From Butyrivibrio sp. (lineage in GTDB: Bacteria; Bacillota; Clostridia; Lachnospirales; Lachnospiraceae), in NCBI GenBank assembly GCA_023665525.1, contig JAMPDT010000003.1, positions 4,682 through 68,681 on the forward strand: a DNA stretch of 64,000 nt, in the 5' to 3' direction. The notes under the pieces were generated by a model, which had not been told where the DNA came from, made no database searches, and worked only from the letters and a program-made list of their open reading frames with translations. Both the position numbers and the translations under genes were made by a program. Every line of letters begins with the position of its first letter. Within the stretch, counting starts at the first letter, position 1. Of the stretch, positions 48,686 through 58,560 are shown one piece after another.

Positions 48686-49396
48686 ATGAAGATTGCTGTT
48701 TGTGACGACAATGCAGACACGTTAAATATATTGAAGGATATGCTGGAAACACGTACAGATATTGATTTGGCTCACTATTATGATAAAATAGAGAATTTTT
48801 GGGAATCGGTTATGCACGAATGTGTTTACGACGTCGTGTTGATGGATATAGATTGGGAAGGAACGGATATGGGAATTGATTTTGCAAATCGCCTGCTCGA
48901 TAAAAATATTAATTCGCAAATCATTTATATGACAGGCTATAACGATAGATTTTCGCAGCAGATTTTTTTAACTCCGTCAAATCTCTGCGGGTATTTGGTG
49001 AAGCCCGTGGAAGAAAAAATGCTTGACGCTATGCTGGTACTGGCGGCAAAGGCGATTGATAAAGCCCGTAAACAGCGGCTTATTATCAAAAAAAGAAACG
49101 GAATTTGTTCAATTTCGTACAATGACATTATATGGATCTCGAGTGAATTGCGTAAAGCAATAATTCATTGCAGAGAGGGCGAGCACAGCTATAACGGAAG
49201 CTTGAGCGAATTAAAGAAGCTGCTTCCGAGCAGCTTCACCGAATGCCATAAATCGTTTTGGGTAAATATGGATTATATTAAACGTATCGGCAAAACAGAG
49301 GTAGAAATGCTTTCGGGCGCGACCGTACCCGTCAGCAGAGCGAAATACGGTATTTTTTTGGAGCGGTATATGAAGTATATGGGCTATAAAATTTAA
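48686..49396 (+). CDS. LytTR family response regulator (orphan)
   Basis: REC (VCDD, LMDID, KP); LytTR domain (CHKSFWVN, PVSR). Confidence 0.92.
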   Translation: MKIAVCDDNADTLNILKDMLETRTDIDLAHYYDKIENFWESVMHECVYDVVLMDIDWEGTDMGIDFANRLLDKNINSQIIYMTGYNDRFSQQIFLTPSNLCGYLVKPVEEKMLDAMLVLAAKAIDKARKQRLIIKKRNGICSISYNDIIWISSELRKAIIHCREGEHSYNGSLSELKKLLPSSFTECHKSFWVNMDYIKRIGKTEVEMLSGATVPVSRAKYGIFLERYMKYMGYKI

Positions 49397-49451
49397 CGAC
49401 AGGAAATTAAGCGCGGCAGCTTGATTTTTTAATTCTCATCGGCTATAATCA

Positions 49452-50961
49452 TATCAAATCAGGATTTACTAAATCAAGATTAGATGAAAGGGTGCGCTAT
49501 GTTTATAGGCAGAGAGGCGGAGCTTCGGTTCCTGAACGATAAATACAAAGAAAAAAAAGGACAACTGATTGTTCTTTACGGCAGGAGGCGCGTCGGCAAA
49601 ACGGAAACGCTTAGGGAGTTCTGCAAGGACAAGCCGCATATATTTTTTTCATGCACGCAGAGCACCGACCGCGTGCAGCTTGCAAAATTTTCACGTCAAA
49701 TCTTAAAAGAGGATATTCCGGCAAGTCGGTACATCACGGAATTTCCCGATTGGGAAAGGGCGTTTCGCGCCGTTTTGGACCTGCCCTGCGGCGGGCAAAA
49801 GAAGCTTGTCGTTATAGACGAGTTTCCGTATATGTGCCGCGCCAATAAAAGCATTCCCTCCGTTTTGCAAAACCTGTGGGATTCCGAATTCAGGGAAAGC
49901 GACGTTATGCTTATTCTTTGCGGGAGCGCGATGAGCTTTATCGAAAAAGAACTGCTCGCGGAGAAAAATCCTCTTTACGGCAGAGCGACAGGCATATACA
50001 AAATGAAAGAGATGGGCTTCTATGACGCCGTGAAATTTTTTCCGACATATTCCGAACGCGACAAGGTGCTTGCTTATGCGGTGCTCGGCGGCATACCTCA
50101 TTATCTGAACCAGTGGGATCCCGAAATTTCCGTCGCGGAAAATATTAAGCGCAATATTTTGACAAAGGGCTGCGTTCTTTACAGCGAGGCGGATTTCCTG
50201 CTTCATCAGGAGCTGAGAGAAACTCCGATTTACAATTCCATTATTGAGGCGGTGGCTTTGGGCAGCACAAGACTGAATGACATCAGCCAAAAATCGCTCG
50301 TCGAGGATACTGCCAAAACCAGCGTATATCTGAAAAATTTGATTGAGCTTGGGATTGTTGAGCGGGAATTTTCCGTTGACGCGGGCATAAAGGAAAAAGC
50401 AAATTCGGGCAGGGGGACATACCGTCTGACCGATAATTTCTTCCGCTTTTGGTACGCTTTCGGGTTTGCCAACTACTCTCAGCTTGAGGACGGCGATTCG
50501 GACGGAGTGTATAAATATGTCGTAGAGCCTGCCCTGCATGAGTTCGCCTCCTTTGCCTTTGAGAATATATGCAGAGAGTTCGTCAGAGAAATGCAAAAGA
50601 AAAACGAGCTGCCCTTCAGGTACTCAAAAATGGGAAGGTGGACGGGAAAAACCACCGTTCGGGACGCTAAAGCCAAGAACGGGCTGCGGGTTGCCGAAAC
50701 GGAGATTGATTTGCTAGGCATCAACGGCAGTGCCGACGAATATTTGGTCGGCGAATGCAAATTCCGAAGCAGTCCGTTCAGCTATTCCGAATATCTTGAT
50801 ACTGCGGCAAAATTAACGCCGTTAAAGCAGAACGCAAGATTTTATTACGCGCTGTTCTCCGAAAACGGCTTTGACGTGAAAATCATAAAGGAATCGGAGA
50901 AATCCGACATACAATTATATTCGCTTGAAACCATAGTGAATTATAAGTAGTATCAAATCAG
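49452..50961 (+). repeat. 11-bp direct repeat TATCAAATCAG flanking the ATPase gene
   Basis: Identical copies at 49452-49462 and 50951-50961. Confidence 0.75.
49499..50950 (+). CDS. Archaeal-type ATPase with DUF234 region and C-terminal PD-(D/E)xK-like domain
   Basis: GREAEL; YGRRRVGKT; IDEFPY; GGIPHYL; EIDLL..GECKF. Confidence 0.88.
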   Translation: MFIGREAELRFLNDKYKEKKGQLIVLYGRRRVGKTETLREFCKDKPHIFFSCTQSTDRVQLAKFSRQILKEDIPASRYITEFPDWERAFRAVLDLPCGGQKKLVVIDEFPYMCRANKSIPSVLQNLWDSEFRESDVMLILCGSAMSFIEKELLAEKNPLYGRATGIYKMKEMGFYDAVKFFPTYSERDKVLAYAVLGGIPHYLNQWDPEISVAENIKRNILTKGCVLYSEADFLLHQELRETPIYNSIIEAVALGSTRLNDISQKSLVEDTAKTSVYLKNLIELGIVEREFSVDAGIKEKANSGRGTYRLTDNFFRFWYAFGFANYSQLEDGDSDGVYKYVVEPALHEFASFAFENICREFVREMQKKNELPFRYSKMGRWTGKTTVRDAKAKNGLRVAETEIDLLGINGSADEYLVGECKFRSSPFSYSEYLDTAAKLTPLKQNARFYYALFSENGFDVKIIKESEKSDIQLYSLETIVNYK

Positions 50962-50966
50962 CTTTT

Positions 50967-50994
50967 AAACGCCCGCGAACCGACGGGCGTTTTT
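50967..50994 (+). terminator. Intrinsic terminator
   Basis: AAACGCCC/GGGCGTTT stem followed by TT. Confidence 0.75.
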
Positions 50995-51036
50995 ATATGC
51001 TGTGGCATAGATATGACACATAAGATTGATTTTTTA

Positions 51037-51070
51037 ACCAATTCTTACACTAAACATACCAATTTTACAA
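51037..51070 (+). promoter_or_regulatory. LytTR-type direct repeats (ACCAATT, 21-bp period) just upstream of the promoter region
   Basis: ACCAATTCTTACA at 51037 and ACCAATTTTACA at 51058. Confidence 0.5.
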
Positions 51071-51150
51071 TTTGACTTGAAGATGTGAAATATTGTGGTA
51101 AAATTTTCTGTATGATTTAATGCAATAAAAATAGTTGGAGGTTAGTTTGA

Positions 51151-54100
51151 ATGAAGATTAAAAAAGTATTGGCGGCAGTCTGTGCGTGCGCCGTTGCGCT
51201 TTCGCCTCTTGTGTGCGGACTTGTGCAGACGAGCGCAGAAACGGTCCGATATGAAGCGGAGGAGAATAAGCCGCTTTCCGTTCTTAAGAATGTGCGCAAG
51301 GACACGATTACGACGGAGGACGGCTTTGTAAAGGACTGCATTAGGTGGGACGAGATGGAAGAGGCTTACGGCTATTTCGTGCGTGTGTGCAAGGGTGGAG
51401 AAGAGGCGGCTTTGGCTACATACTACGATCCTTTCGTCGAGTACAGGCGCTTTTTCTATGACCGTGAAATGGATTTCGGAGAGTACACGTTTGAAATATG
51501 CGCTTTTGACAAGGCTCAAAACAGCGGCGAATGGTCGGAGCCGATAACGGTCGTGTACGAGCCTACGCTTGAGGCGAAGCTGAATGTGAGGCTGAACGAG
51601 GACGGAGACGATATTTACTGGGACGCAGTGGAAGGAGCTGTTCGCTATAATTACCGCATTTTAGGTAAGGATCGGGAATATAGCTATCGCGATTGGAAGG
51701 AATATATAAATATATATTCAAATAACTTTGGCTGGCGAGTTAATGAAGAGAGCGGCGAGTATACCGTTGAAATTCAGGCAATGGATAAGAATTACAATGT
51801 CAGCGCATGGTCGGAGCCGCTATTATATACCTATATCAGGAGGGAAGAGGAAGAACCTGTTGAAATCCCCGGACCGGAAGCTCCGAAAAATGTCCGTTTG
51901 GACGAGAGCGGAAATACTGTGCTGTGGGACGCGGTAGAAGGAGCTGATAAATATTCGATTGATGTTGAATTTTATGGTGAATTTAATGGTGAGGCGTTTG
52001 GTGCATATAGCATTGGTACCTATTCCACCGAACCTAAATACGAAAACTGGAGAGATTTAGTTTATTATCCGTTTTCCACAGGAAAATACAGCATTACAAT
52101 TCGTGCGTATGCTGATAGTGGTGCTTCTGCTTACAGCGAAGCGTTGGAAGTGGATTTTACTTCACTGCGGGATGAAGCGATACCTCTTCCCGAGAAGGTA
52201 TGGTTGGAAGAAGATTATTTATATTGGGATGAGATTGAAGAAGCGAAGGGATACATGACATTTTTTTCGATGTATTCAAAGGACGGAAAACAGGTATACA
52301 CTGATAATGACTGTGGTTATGGTTATTATATATATCATTACCCGAAGCTGCCTGCCGGAGCTTACGAGGCGGAAATAGAAATAGTCGTTATAGATGAAAA
52401 CGACAATTTCAACAGCAAGAAATATACTGTTGAGATTGAAATTTCACCTGACGAAGCAGTGTGGGTTCCCAAGCTGTATTATAAATATGACGATCTTCTA
52501 TGGGACTGGGACAGGCTGCGTTATGGCAATACAGAAGCTTTTTGGATTCGGATCAAAAAAAATGACGGTACGCTCGTCGAGTTAGATTACGATTATGGCA
52601 ACAGTTATAGTTTGTGGCGGTATGATTTGGAAAACGGAGACTATACCGCCGAAGTATGCGTAGTTGACCGAGATGAAGACTGGAATTACAGAATTGGAAA
52701 TTGGTCCGAGCCGCGTTCTTTAAATAAGCATGGCGACAGTTTTTTTGACGACGAAAACGAAAGCACCTCCGAGGTTGAGCAAGCGCCCGAAGCCGACAAA
52801 GTACCCGATGACGACAGAATTTTGAGTATTACGGTAAATCCTGCGTTCAATATGAAAAATAAACATGATGAAAATGTGGAATTTGACCTTTCAAATATTC
52901 GGGTAAAGGCAAAGGAGATTTACGACGAAGAGGGCTTAAAACGAGCCGAGGAGGCGCTCGGAGAGAAAATCGTCGGAAACAAGCATTATAATCTTTTGGA
53001 TTTGACGCTTTGGGAGGGCGATAGGGACATTTCAAACGGCTATGACGGTTTGGTGCAGGTTATCATTCCTCTTCCGAAGGGACACAGAAATAAGACATTC
53101 TCCTGCTACCGACTGACAGAGATTGACGGTAAAATGACCAAGGAAGTTATACCCGGCGAGCAGACAGAGGACAGCTATATCATTTACCTCGAGCATTTCA
53201 GTACATATGCTCTTGTCGCTGACGGAGGCGAGGAGGAAGATGAAGAAGATGATGAAGATACTTATAGTGACTGGGAATATGAGCTTCTTGAGGACGGAAC
53301 TGCGGAGATAACGGCATATAAGGGAAAAGAGTCTGAACTTAAAATTCCGAAAAGCATAGACGGAGTGAGCGTGACTAAAATAAAGGATCATGTATTTTCG
53401 GGCTGCGGCTACTTAACAAGCGTGACGATACCGAATGGCGTGACGAGCATAGGAGACGGCGCGTTTGAAAAATGCGTAGGCTTGACAAGCGTGACGATAC
53501 CTGACAGCGTGACAAGCATAAGTGTTTATGCATTTGAAGGGTGCAGCGGCTTGACAAGCGTGACGATACCCAACGGCTTGACAAGCATAAGTAACGGTGT
53601 ATTTTATGGCTGCGGCGGTTTAACAAGCGTGACGATACCGAACAGTGTGACGAGCATAGGAGACGGCGCATTTGAAAGATGCGGCGGCTTGACAAGTGTG
53701 ACGATACCTAACAGTGTGACAAGCATAGGGACTTGTGCATTTGCTCATTGCAGCAGTTTAACAAGCGTGACAATACCTAACAGTGTGACAAACATAGGCG
53801 CTACCGCATTTCACGATTGCAGCGCTTTAACAAGCGTGACAATACCGAGCAGTGTGACAGTCATAGATGTCAAGGCATTGGGGTATATCTTGAAAGACAA
53901 TAGCTATGTCAAGGTTCCGAACTTCACAATCTGCGGATACCCCGGCACTGCCTCAGAAGCCTATGCGAAGGAAAACGGCTTTGCTTTCGTTGAGATAAAA
54001 GAGGGCTCCGGGGAAACGCCGCCCGAGCAACCGTCCGATGATAAGGATTATTCGGACGTTGCGTCAGGACGCGATATTCCGATTACCTTTATAGCGATCT

Positions 54101-54186
54101 TCCTGCTTACGGGCTTGGCTGTAATTGCGGCGGGGGCTGTTGTAGTGACAAAGGCGTTTAGGGCTTCTGCCGAAAGCAGACGATAA
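51151..54186 (+). CDS. Surface protein with ~5 FN3-like modules and BspA-type leucine-rich repeats
   Basis: Signal peptide; repeated NVRL..WDAVEGA..Y..WSEP modules; LTSVTIPNSVTSIG..AF..C repeats; C-terminal TM with basic tail. Confidence 0.9.
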   Translation: MKIKKVLAAVCACAVALSPLVCGLVQTSAETVRYEAEENKPLSVLKNVRKDTITTEDGFVKDCIRWDEMEEAYGYFVRVCKGGEEAALATYYDPFVEYRRFFYDREMDFGEYTFEICAFDKAQNSGEWSEPITVVYEPTLEAKLNVRLNEDGDDIYWDAVEGAVRYNYRILGKDREYSYRDWKEYINIYSNNFGWRVNEESGEYTVEIQAMDKNYNVSAWSEPLLYTYIRREEEEPVEIPGPEAPKNVRLDESGNTVLWDAVEGADKYSIDVEFYGEFNGEAFGAYSIGTYSTEPKYENWRDLVYYPFSTGKYSITIRAYADSGASAYSEALEVDFTSLRDEAIPLPEKVWLEEDYLYWDEIEEAKGYMTFFSMYSKDGKQVYTDNDCGYGYYIYHYPKLPAGAYEAEIEIVVIDENDNFNSKKYTVEIEISPDEAVWVPKLYYKYDDLLWDWDRLRYGNTEAFWIRIKKNDGTLVELDYDYGNSYSLWRYDLENGDYTAEVCVVDRDEDWNYRIGNWSEPRSLNKHGDSFFDDENESTSEVEQAPEADKVPDDDRILSITVNPAFNMKNKHDENVEFDLSNIRVKAKEIYDEEGLKRAEEALGEKIVGNKHYNLLDLTLWEGDRDISNGYDGLVQVIIPLPKGHRNKTFSCYRLTEIDGKMTKEVIPGEQTEDSYIIYLEHFSTYALVADGGEEEDEEDDEDTYSDWEYELLEDGTAEITAYKGKESELKIPKSIDGVSVTKIKDHVFSGCGYLTSVTIPNGVTSIGDGAFEKCVGLTSVTIPDSVTSISVYAFEGCSGLTSVTIPNGLTSISNGVFYGCGGLTSVTIPNSVTSIGDGAFERCGGLTSVTIPNSVTSIGTCAFAHCSSLTSVTIPNSVTNIGATAFHDCSALTSVTIPSSVTVIDVKALGYILKDNSYVKVPNFTICGYPGTASEAYAKENGFAFVEIKEGSGETPPEQPSDDKDYSDVASGRDIPITFIAIFLLTGLAVIAAGAVVVTKAFRASAESRR
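53413..53895 (+). repeat. 7 x 69-bp tandem LRR repeats
   Basis: Units start at 53413, 53482, 53551, 53620, 53689, 53758 and 53827. Confidence 0.92.
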
Positions 54187-54206
54187 TTTGGTGCAAGGTG
54201 CAAGCC

Positions 54207-54240
54207 AATGCTGCCGCCGAAACGGCGGCAGCATTACTTT
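54207..54240 (+). terminator. Intrinsic terminator
   Basis: Perfect 12-bp stem AATGCTGCCGCC/GGCGGCAGCATT. Confidence 0.8.
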
Positions 54241-54346
54241 GCATTATCGGCACGGAAATTCTTACGGAGTTTACAGAGTATTTGCAAAAGTCGGGATACA
54301 GCCTTGCTCCGATACAATGATTTAATGGATAAGGAACATACTTAAG

Positions 54347-55423
54347 ATGAAAAGGCGCGGCGGACTTCGTGAGTTGTTAAAAAATATTCTTTTTACGGAC
54401 GCAGTTGTAATATTGATTGGTCTACTCGTGTTTGGGATACTCAGGATTAGTCGGATAGGATATGATTTAACGGAAATTGACAGCGCCGCATATGAATTTG
54501 TCGAAGAGCAGGAACAAATAAAGGTTGCGGATGTAATCGACGCAATGGCATACATAAAGGATTCCAGAGTGGCGGCAACGGAGCAGTCCATACAGGAGTC
54601 GGTGCGGCGTTCGATTGAAGAATCGGTTTCGGAATCAATTTCCGAATATATCAGAGTATCCGAAATTGAATCTATGGAGGAATCACAGCAGCAATCAATA
54701 GCGGAATCAATACAGCAATCGGTCGAGGCGTCCATAGCTGAGTCGGTTCAGGCGTCGATAGCCGAATCAATAGCGGCAAGAGAAGCGTCGATAGCGGCGA
54801 TGGAAGCGGCGGCTGAGGCGGCGCTTGCCGAGGGGAAGCTGTGCGAGGGTATGGTGGTTAAAGCAGGTACCGATGTAATTCCGCTTATAAGGAAGCTTTA
54901 TTCAAATACTGTCGTGATAGGCGATTCAAGGGCGAAGGGCATAGTGGACAACGGTGTGCTTACCGATAACGAGGTTGCGTATTACGGAGGGGCAAGCGTC
55001 GGAACCTTGTACGATACGACCAAGCGGGCGGCGGGACTTATGCGCGCCAAAACTCTTTTTATAGTCGGGCTTAACGATTTGGGCTATTACGGCGGCGACG
55101 CCGCAGTCTTTAAGGCGGATTTTATCAATCTTATTAAAACATATCTGTCCGTAAATCCGCAAAGCTCGATATATCTCCAGGAAATATTGCCTGTACAGGA
55201 ATACGGCAGGTTTGCCTGGCGAAGAATGGATTCTATTCCCGAATTTAACAATGCGATACGTGAAATATGCGATGAATACGGCTATACATACGTGAGCGCA
55301 ACGCAATACTGTCTGTCTAAATATGTCAATTCGTCCGACGGAGCGCATTTCAATTTTAATTTCTATATTTTGTGGGCGCAGACGATAGCAAATCAAATGG
55401 GATTGTGGGGAAGCTTGAATTGA
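54347..55423 (+). CDS. Membrane-anchored SGNH/GDSL hydrolase with a periodic SIxES helical stalk
   Basis: IGDSR; GLND; DGAH; N-terminal TM. Confidence 0.85.
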   Translation: MKRRGGLRELLKNILFTDAVVILIGLLVFGILRISRIGYDLTEIDSAAYEFVEEQEQIKVADVIDAMAYIKDSRVAATEQSIQESVRRSIEESVSESISEYIRVSEIESMEESQQQSIAESIQQSVEASIAESVQASIAESIAAREASIAAMEAAAEAALAEGKLCEGMVVKAGTDVIPLIRKLYSNTVVIGDSRAKGIVDNGVLTDNEVAYYGGASVGTLYDTTKRAAGLMRAKTLFIVGLNDLGYYGGDAAVFKADFINLIKTYLSVNPQSSIYLQEILPVQEYGRFAWRRMDSIPEFNNAIREICDEYGYTYVSATQYCLSKYVNSSDGAHFNFNFYILWAQTIANQMGLWGSLN

Positions 55424-55911
55424 GGCGGGGAATTTTTAAAATAATAGTATGGCAAATCTTTTTCGCCGCCGTGACGGCGGTTATCATAAGGGCGGTGCTG
55501 ACTGAAAGAACGCCCGCGGATATTCCGCTTGACGTTATAGAGGCGGAGTTTGACGAGAATTATGCCGTTGAAGGTATGCAAAAGGCGGGAGCAATGCGCA
55601 TTAAGCGCGCATACGGCGTCAATGCTTCCGATTATGCGGATTACATATATTACGCACCCTCTGATACTATGGACGTGAATGAGTTTTTTATGGTTAAGGT
55701 TACCGATGAGGCTCAGAAAAAAGAAGTCGTAAAGGCTATGGAGTATCGGCTTAACGAGCAGAAGAAGATTTTTGACGGGTACGGAACCGATCAGATTGAG
55801 CTTTTGGAAAAGGCGCGTATTTTTTCCGAGGGCAATTATGTATGCTTTATGGTATCAAGCTATTCTAAGGCGTGGCTCAATATGATTAAGGATAAAATAG
55901 AGGTTAAATAA
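55420..55911 (+). CDS. DUF4358-like protein
   Basis: LKRxYG-like segment; M.V.EF..VK; FDGYG. Probable TTG start overlaps the upstream stop. Confidence 0.65.
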   Translation: MRRGIFKIIVWQIFFAAVTAVIIRAVLTERTPADIPLDVIEAEFDENYAVEGMQKAGAMRIKRAYGVNASDYADYIYYAPSDTMDVNEFFMVKVTDEAQKKEVVKAMEYRLNEQKKIFDGYGTDQIELLEKARIFSEGNYVCFMVSSYSKAWLNMIKDKIEVK

Positions 55912-57297
55912 ATGGTATTCAGCAGCTTGACTTTTTTATTGGGTTTTCTTCCTGTGACGTTAGCTCTGTATTATGCGGTCCCCCAAAAAGCCAAAAATTT
56001 TATTTTGCTGCTATGCAGCCTTGTTTTTTATGCATGGGGAGAGCCTGTTTATGTGTTCCTGATGATATACAGTATACTGTTCAATTATACCCTTGGCAGA
56101 TTAATGGATAAGTACAAGGTGTACAAAAGAATGGTTATGATATTTGCCGTGCTTATGAACCTTATCATACTTGGTTTTTTTAAGTATTACGGATTTATTG
56201 TAAATGCGCTGAACAGCATTATGGGGCTGTCGCTGAAGGCGAGGGATATACCGCTTCCGATAGGAATCTCCTTTTACACATTTCAGGCGATGTCGTATAT
56301 TATAGATTTGTACAGAGGCAAATTCGGGGCGCAGAAGAATCTGATAACATTTGCGGCATATATAACAATGTTTCCGCAATTAATTGCGGGACCCATTGTC
56401 AGATACGAGGATTTGCAGAGTGAGCTGGAGGAAAGAAGGCTGTCCTTGGAACGCTTCGGCTACGGCTGCGCAAGATTTTTGTACGGACTTGCCAAAAAGG
56501 TTCTTTTAGCCAATTCGACGGGCGCGGTATTTGAAAGCGTCGGTGCGCTTGACGGAAGCGGCATTGCCGCGGCGAACGGGTGGATTGGCGCCGTTTCGTA
56601 TACATTTCAAATATATTTTGATTTTTCGGGCTATTCCGATATGGCGATCGGTCTTGGAAGTATGCTTGGCTTTTCATTTGATGAAAATTTTAACGAGCCT
56701 TATACGGCTGTCGGCGTGAGCGATTTTTGGCGGAGATGGCATATATCGCTTGGGGCTTGGTTTCGCGAATATGTATATATTCCCTTGGGAGGCAGCCGTG
56801 TACGGGTATGGAAGCATATAAGAAATATTATGGTTGTGTGGACGCTGACGGGACTGTGGCACGGAGCGGGCTGGAATTACATACTGTGGGGAGCTTATTA
56901 CGGCATTCTTTTGATAATTGACAAGTATTTGATTGAACGCATTAAGCTTTTTCCAAAATGGCTTAAGCGAATATTTACAATTCCTGCGGTAATTATAGGC
57001 TGGGTCATATTTACCTCGGATTCGCCACACGGCGCAATGTCGGCAATAGGAAGTATGTTTGGTTCAACGGGAGTTTGGTTCAATGATGAAACATTTTATT
57101 TACTGAGAACAAACGGAATACTTCTTGTGATTTGTGCGATATTGTGTACGGGAGTTCATAAAAGAATTTATGATAAGGTATGCACGCTGAGCGCCGGCAG
57201 AGCGGTAACGATTGCCTTTAATGCGGCGTTGCTTGCGTTGTGCTTTGTCTGCTTAGTCACACAAAGCTATAACCCTTTTCTTTACTTTCAGTTTTGA
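55912..57297 (+). CDS. MBOAT family O-acyltransferase (AlgI/PatA-like)
   Basis: LPIGISFYTF; FPQLIAGPI; QIYFDFSGYSDMA; FWRRWHISL; GLWHG. Confidence 0.95.
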   Translation: MVFSSLTFLLGFLPVTLALYYAVPQKAKNFILLLCSLVFYAWGEPVYVFLMIYSILFNYTLGRLMDKYKVYKRMVMIFAVLMNLIILGFFKYYGFIVNALNSIMGLSLKARDIPLPIGISFYTFQAMSYIIDLYRGKFGAQKNLITFAAYITMFPQLIAGPIVRYEDLQSELEERRLSLERFGYGCARFLYGLAKKVLLANSTGAVFESVGALDGSGIAAANGWIGAVSYTFQIYFDFSGYSDMAIGLGSMLGFSFDENFNEPYTAVGVSDFWRRWHISLGAWFREYVYIPLGGSRVRVWKHIRNIMVVWTLTGLWHGAGWNYILWGAYYGILLIIDKYLIERIKLFPKWLKRIFTIPAVIIGWVIFTSDSPHGAMSAIGSMFGSTGVWFNDETFYLLRTNGILLVICAILCTGVHKRIYDKVCTLSAGRAVTIAFNAALLALCFVCLVTQSYNPFLYFQF

Positions 57298-57310
57298 CGG
57301 AGGCGGCTTT

Positions 57311-58483
57311 ATGAATAAATATGCGAATATGTACAGAATATGGGGAATTTGTTTTATTCTGATAATTGCGGCAGTATTGGCGGCGCATATTTTGATTAAG
57401 GATAAAAATTATTCGCCTGCGGAAAAGAGAAGCCTTGCGACCTTAGAGGCGTTGAAGAAAAGCTTTGTTTCCGATAAAATATCGTCGGAGGAGGTTGAGG
57501 AGTATTTGGCAGACCAATTTCCGTCAAGGGATATAATTGTAGAAGCTAAAGCTATGCTCGACAGAATGTTCGGCACGGTTAAATTTCTTGATGTGTATCT
57601 CTGCGGGAACGGATATTTAATGCAGGATTTTGCAAAGCCCGACGACGGGAATATGGCGGAGACATACAGACAAATATCGGATTTTGCGGACCGCTATTCG
57701 GACAGCTCGACATATATGATGCTTGTGCCGAATGCGATTTCCGTGTATAGCAAATATCTTCCCCCATATATTAAGGTGAACAGCCAAGATGATTTTATAT
57801 CGAAAACATATTCCGAAATATCCGATAATGTTGAGTGCATAGATATTGCGGGAATCTTTTCTCAAATGAGCGAAAACGGCGACGCGACTCAGTTGTATTA
57901 TTATACGGATCACCATTGGACGACCGACGCCGCGTATATCGCATATAAGGCGCTCGCCATGCACCTTCGGCTTGATATGGAGGCTTGCTTTGAAAGCGGA
58001 ATTGTTTGTAATGATTTTTCGGGCTCTCTTGCGTCGCGCAGCGGCTTAAAGCCCTTGGTAAACGACAGCATAACGTTGTACTATCCGTCGGAGGCTTCCG
58101 AGGAAATATTTTATCGGGTTTTGTACGAGGACGAACAGAGACTGGAAGGAACCTGCTATGCGCTTGACAGGCTTGACGGAGATAATCCGTATGAGATATT
58201 TTTTGGCGGAAATCATTCGTCGATTGAGATAAACACAAGTGCCGACACAGAAAGAAAGCTGTTGATATTTAAGGACTCATACGCAAATTGCCTCATTCCT
58301 TTTTTGATTCCGCAGTATTCCAAGATAAAAATCGTGGATCCGCGCTATTACTATGAAGATATTGATATTGTAATGCAGATGGACAATTATACGGATATTC
58401 TTTTTTTGTACAATGTCAACACATTTTCTCAGGATACGAGCCTTAAGGCTGTTCTGCAAAACGAGCAGTATGACGCGGAGTAA
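57311..58483 (+). CDS. DHHW family O-acetyltransferase (AlgJ/AlgX/PatB-like)
   Basis: YYYTDHHWT; KDSYAN; DPRYY. Confidence 0.88.
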   Translation: MNKYANMYRIWGICFILIIAAVLAAHILIKDKNYSPAEKRSLATLEALKKSFVSDKISSEEVEEYLADQFPSRDIIVEAKAMLDRMFGTVKFLDVYLCGNGYLMQDFAKPDDGNMAETYRQISDFADRYSDSSTYMMLVPNAISVYSKYLPPYIKVNSQDDFISKTYSEISDNVECIDIAGIFSQMSENGDATQLYYYTDHHWTTDAAYIAYKALAMHLRLDMEACFESGIVCNDFSGSLASRSGLKPLVNDSITLYYPSEASEEIFYRVLYEDEQRLEGTCYALDRLDGDNPYEIFFGGNHSSIEINTSADTERKLLIFKDSYANCLIPFLIPQYSKIKIVDPRYYYEDIDIVMQMDNYTDILFLYNVNTFSQDTSLKAVLQNEQYDAE

Positions 58484-58560
58484 TAAAGGAATTGGCAGCT
58501 CAATCAATGCAGTCCGCATAATTAACCTTATCAATCAAAATAAAATACGGTGTCACCGTT

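Noticed and set aside
53413-53895. 69-bp repeats as a CRISPR array or DGR template/variable repeat
   Set aside because: They are in-frame coding LRR units with no spacers; no cas or reverse transcriptase gene is in the window.
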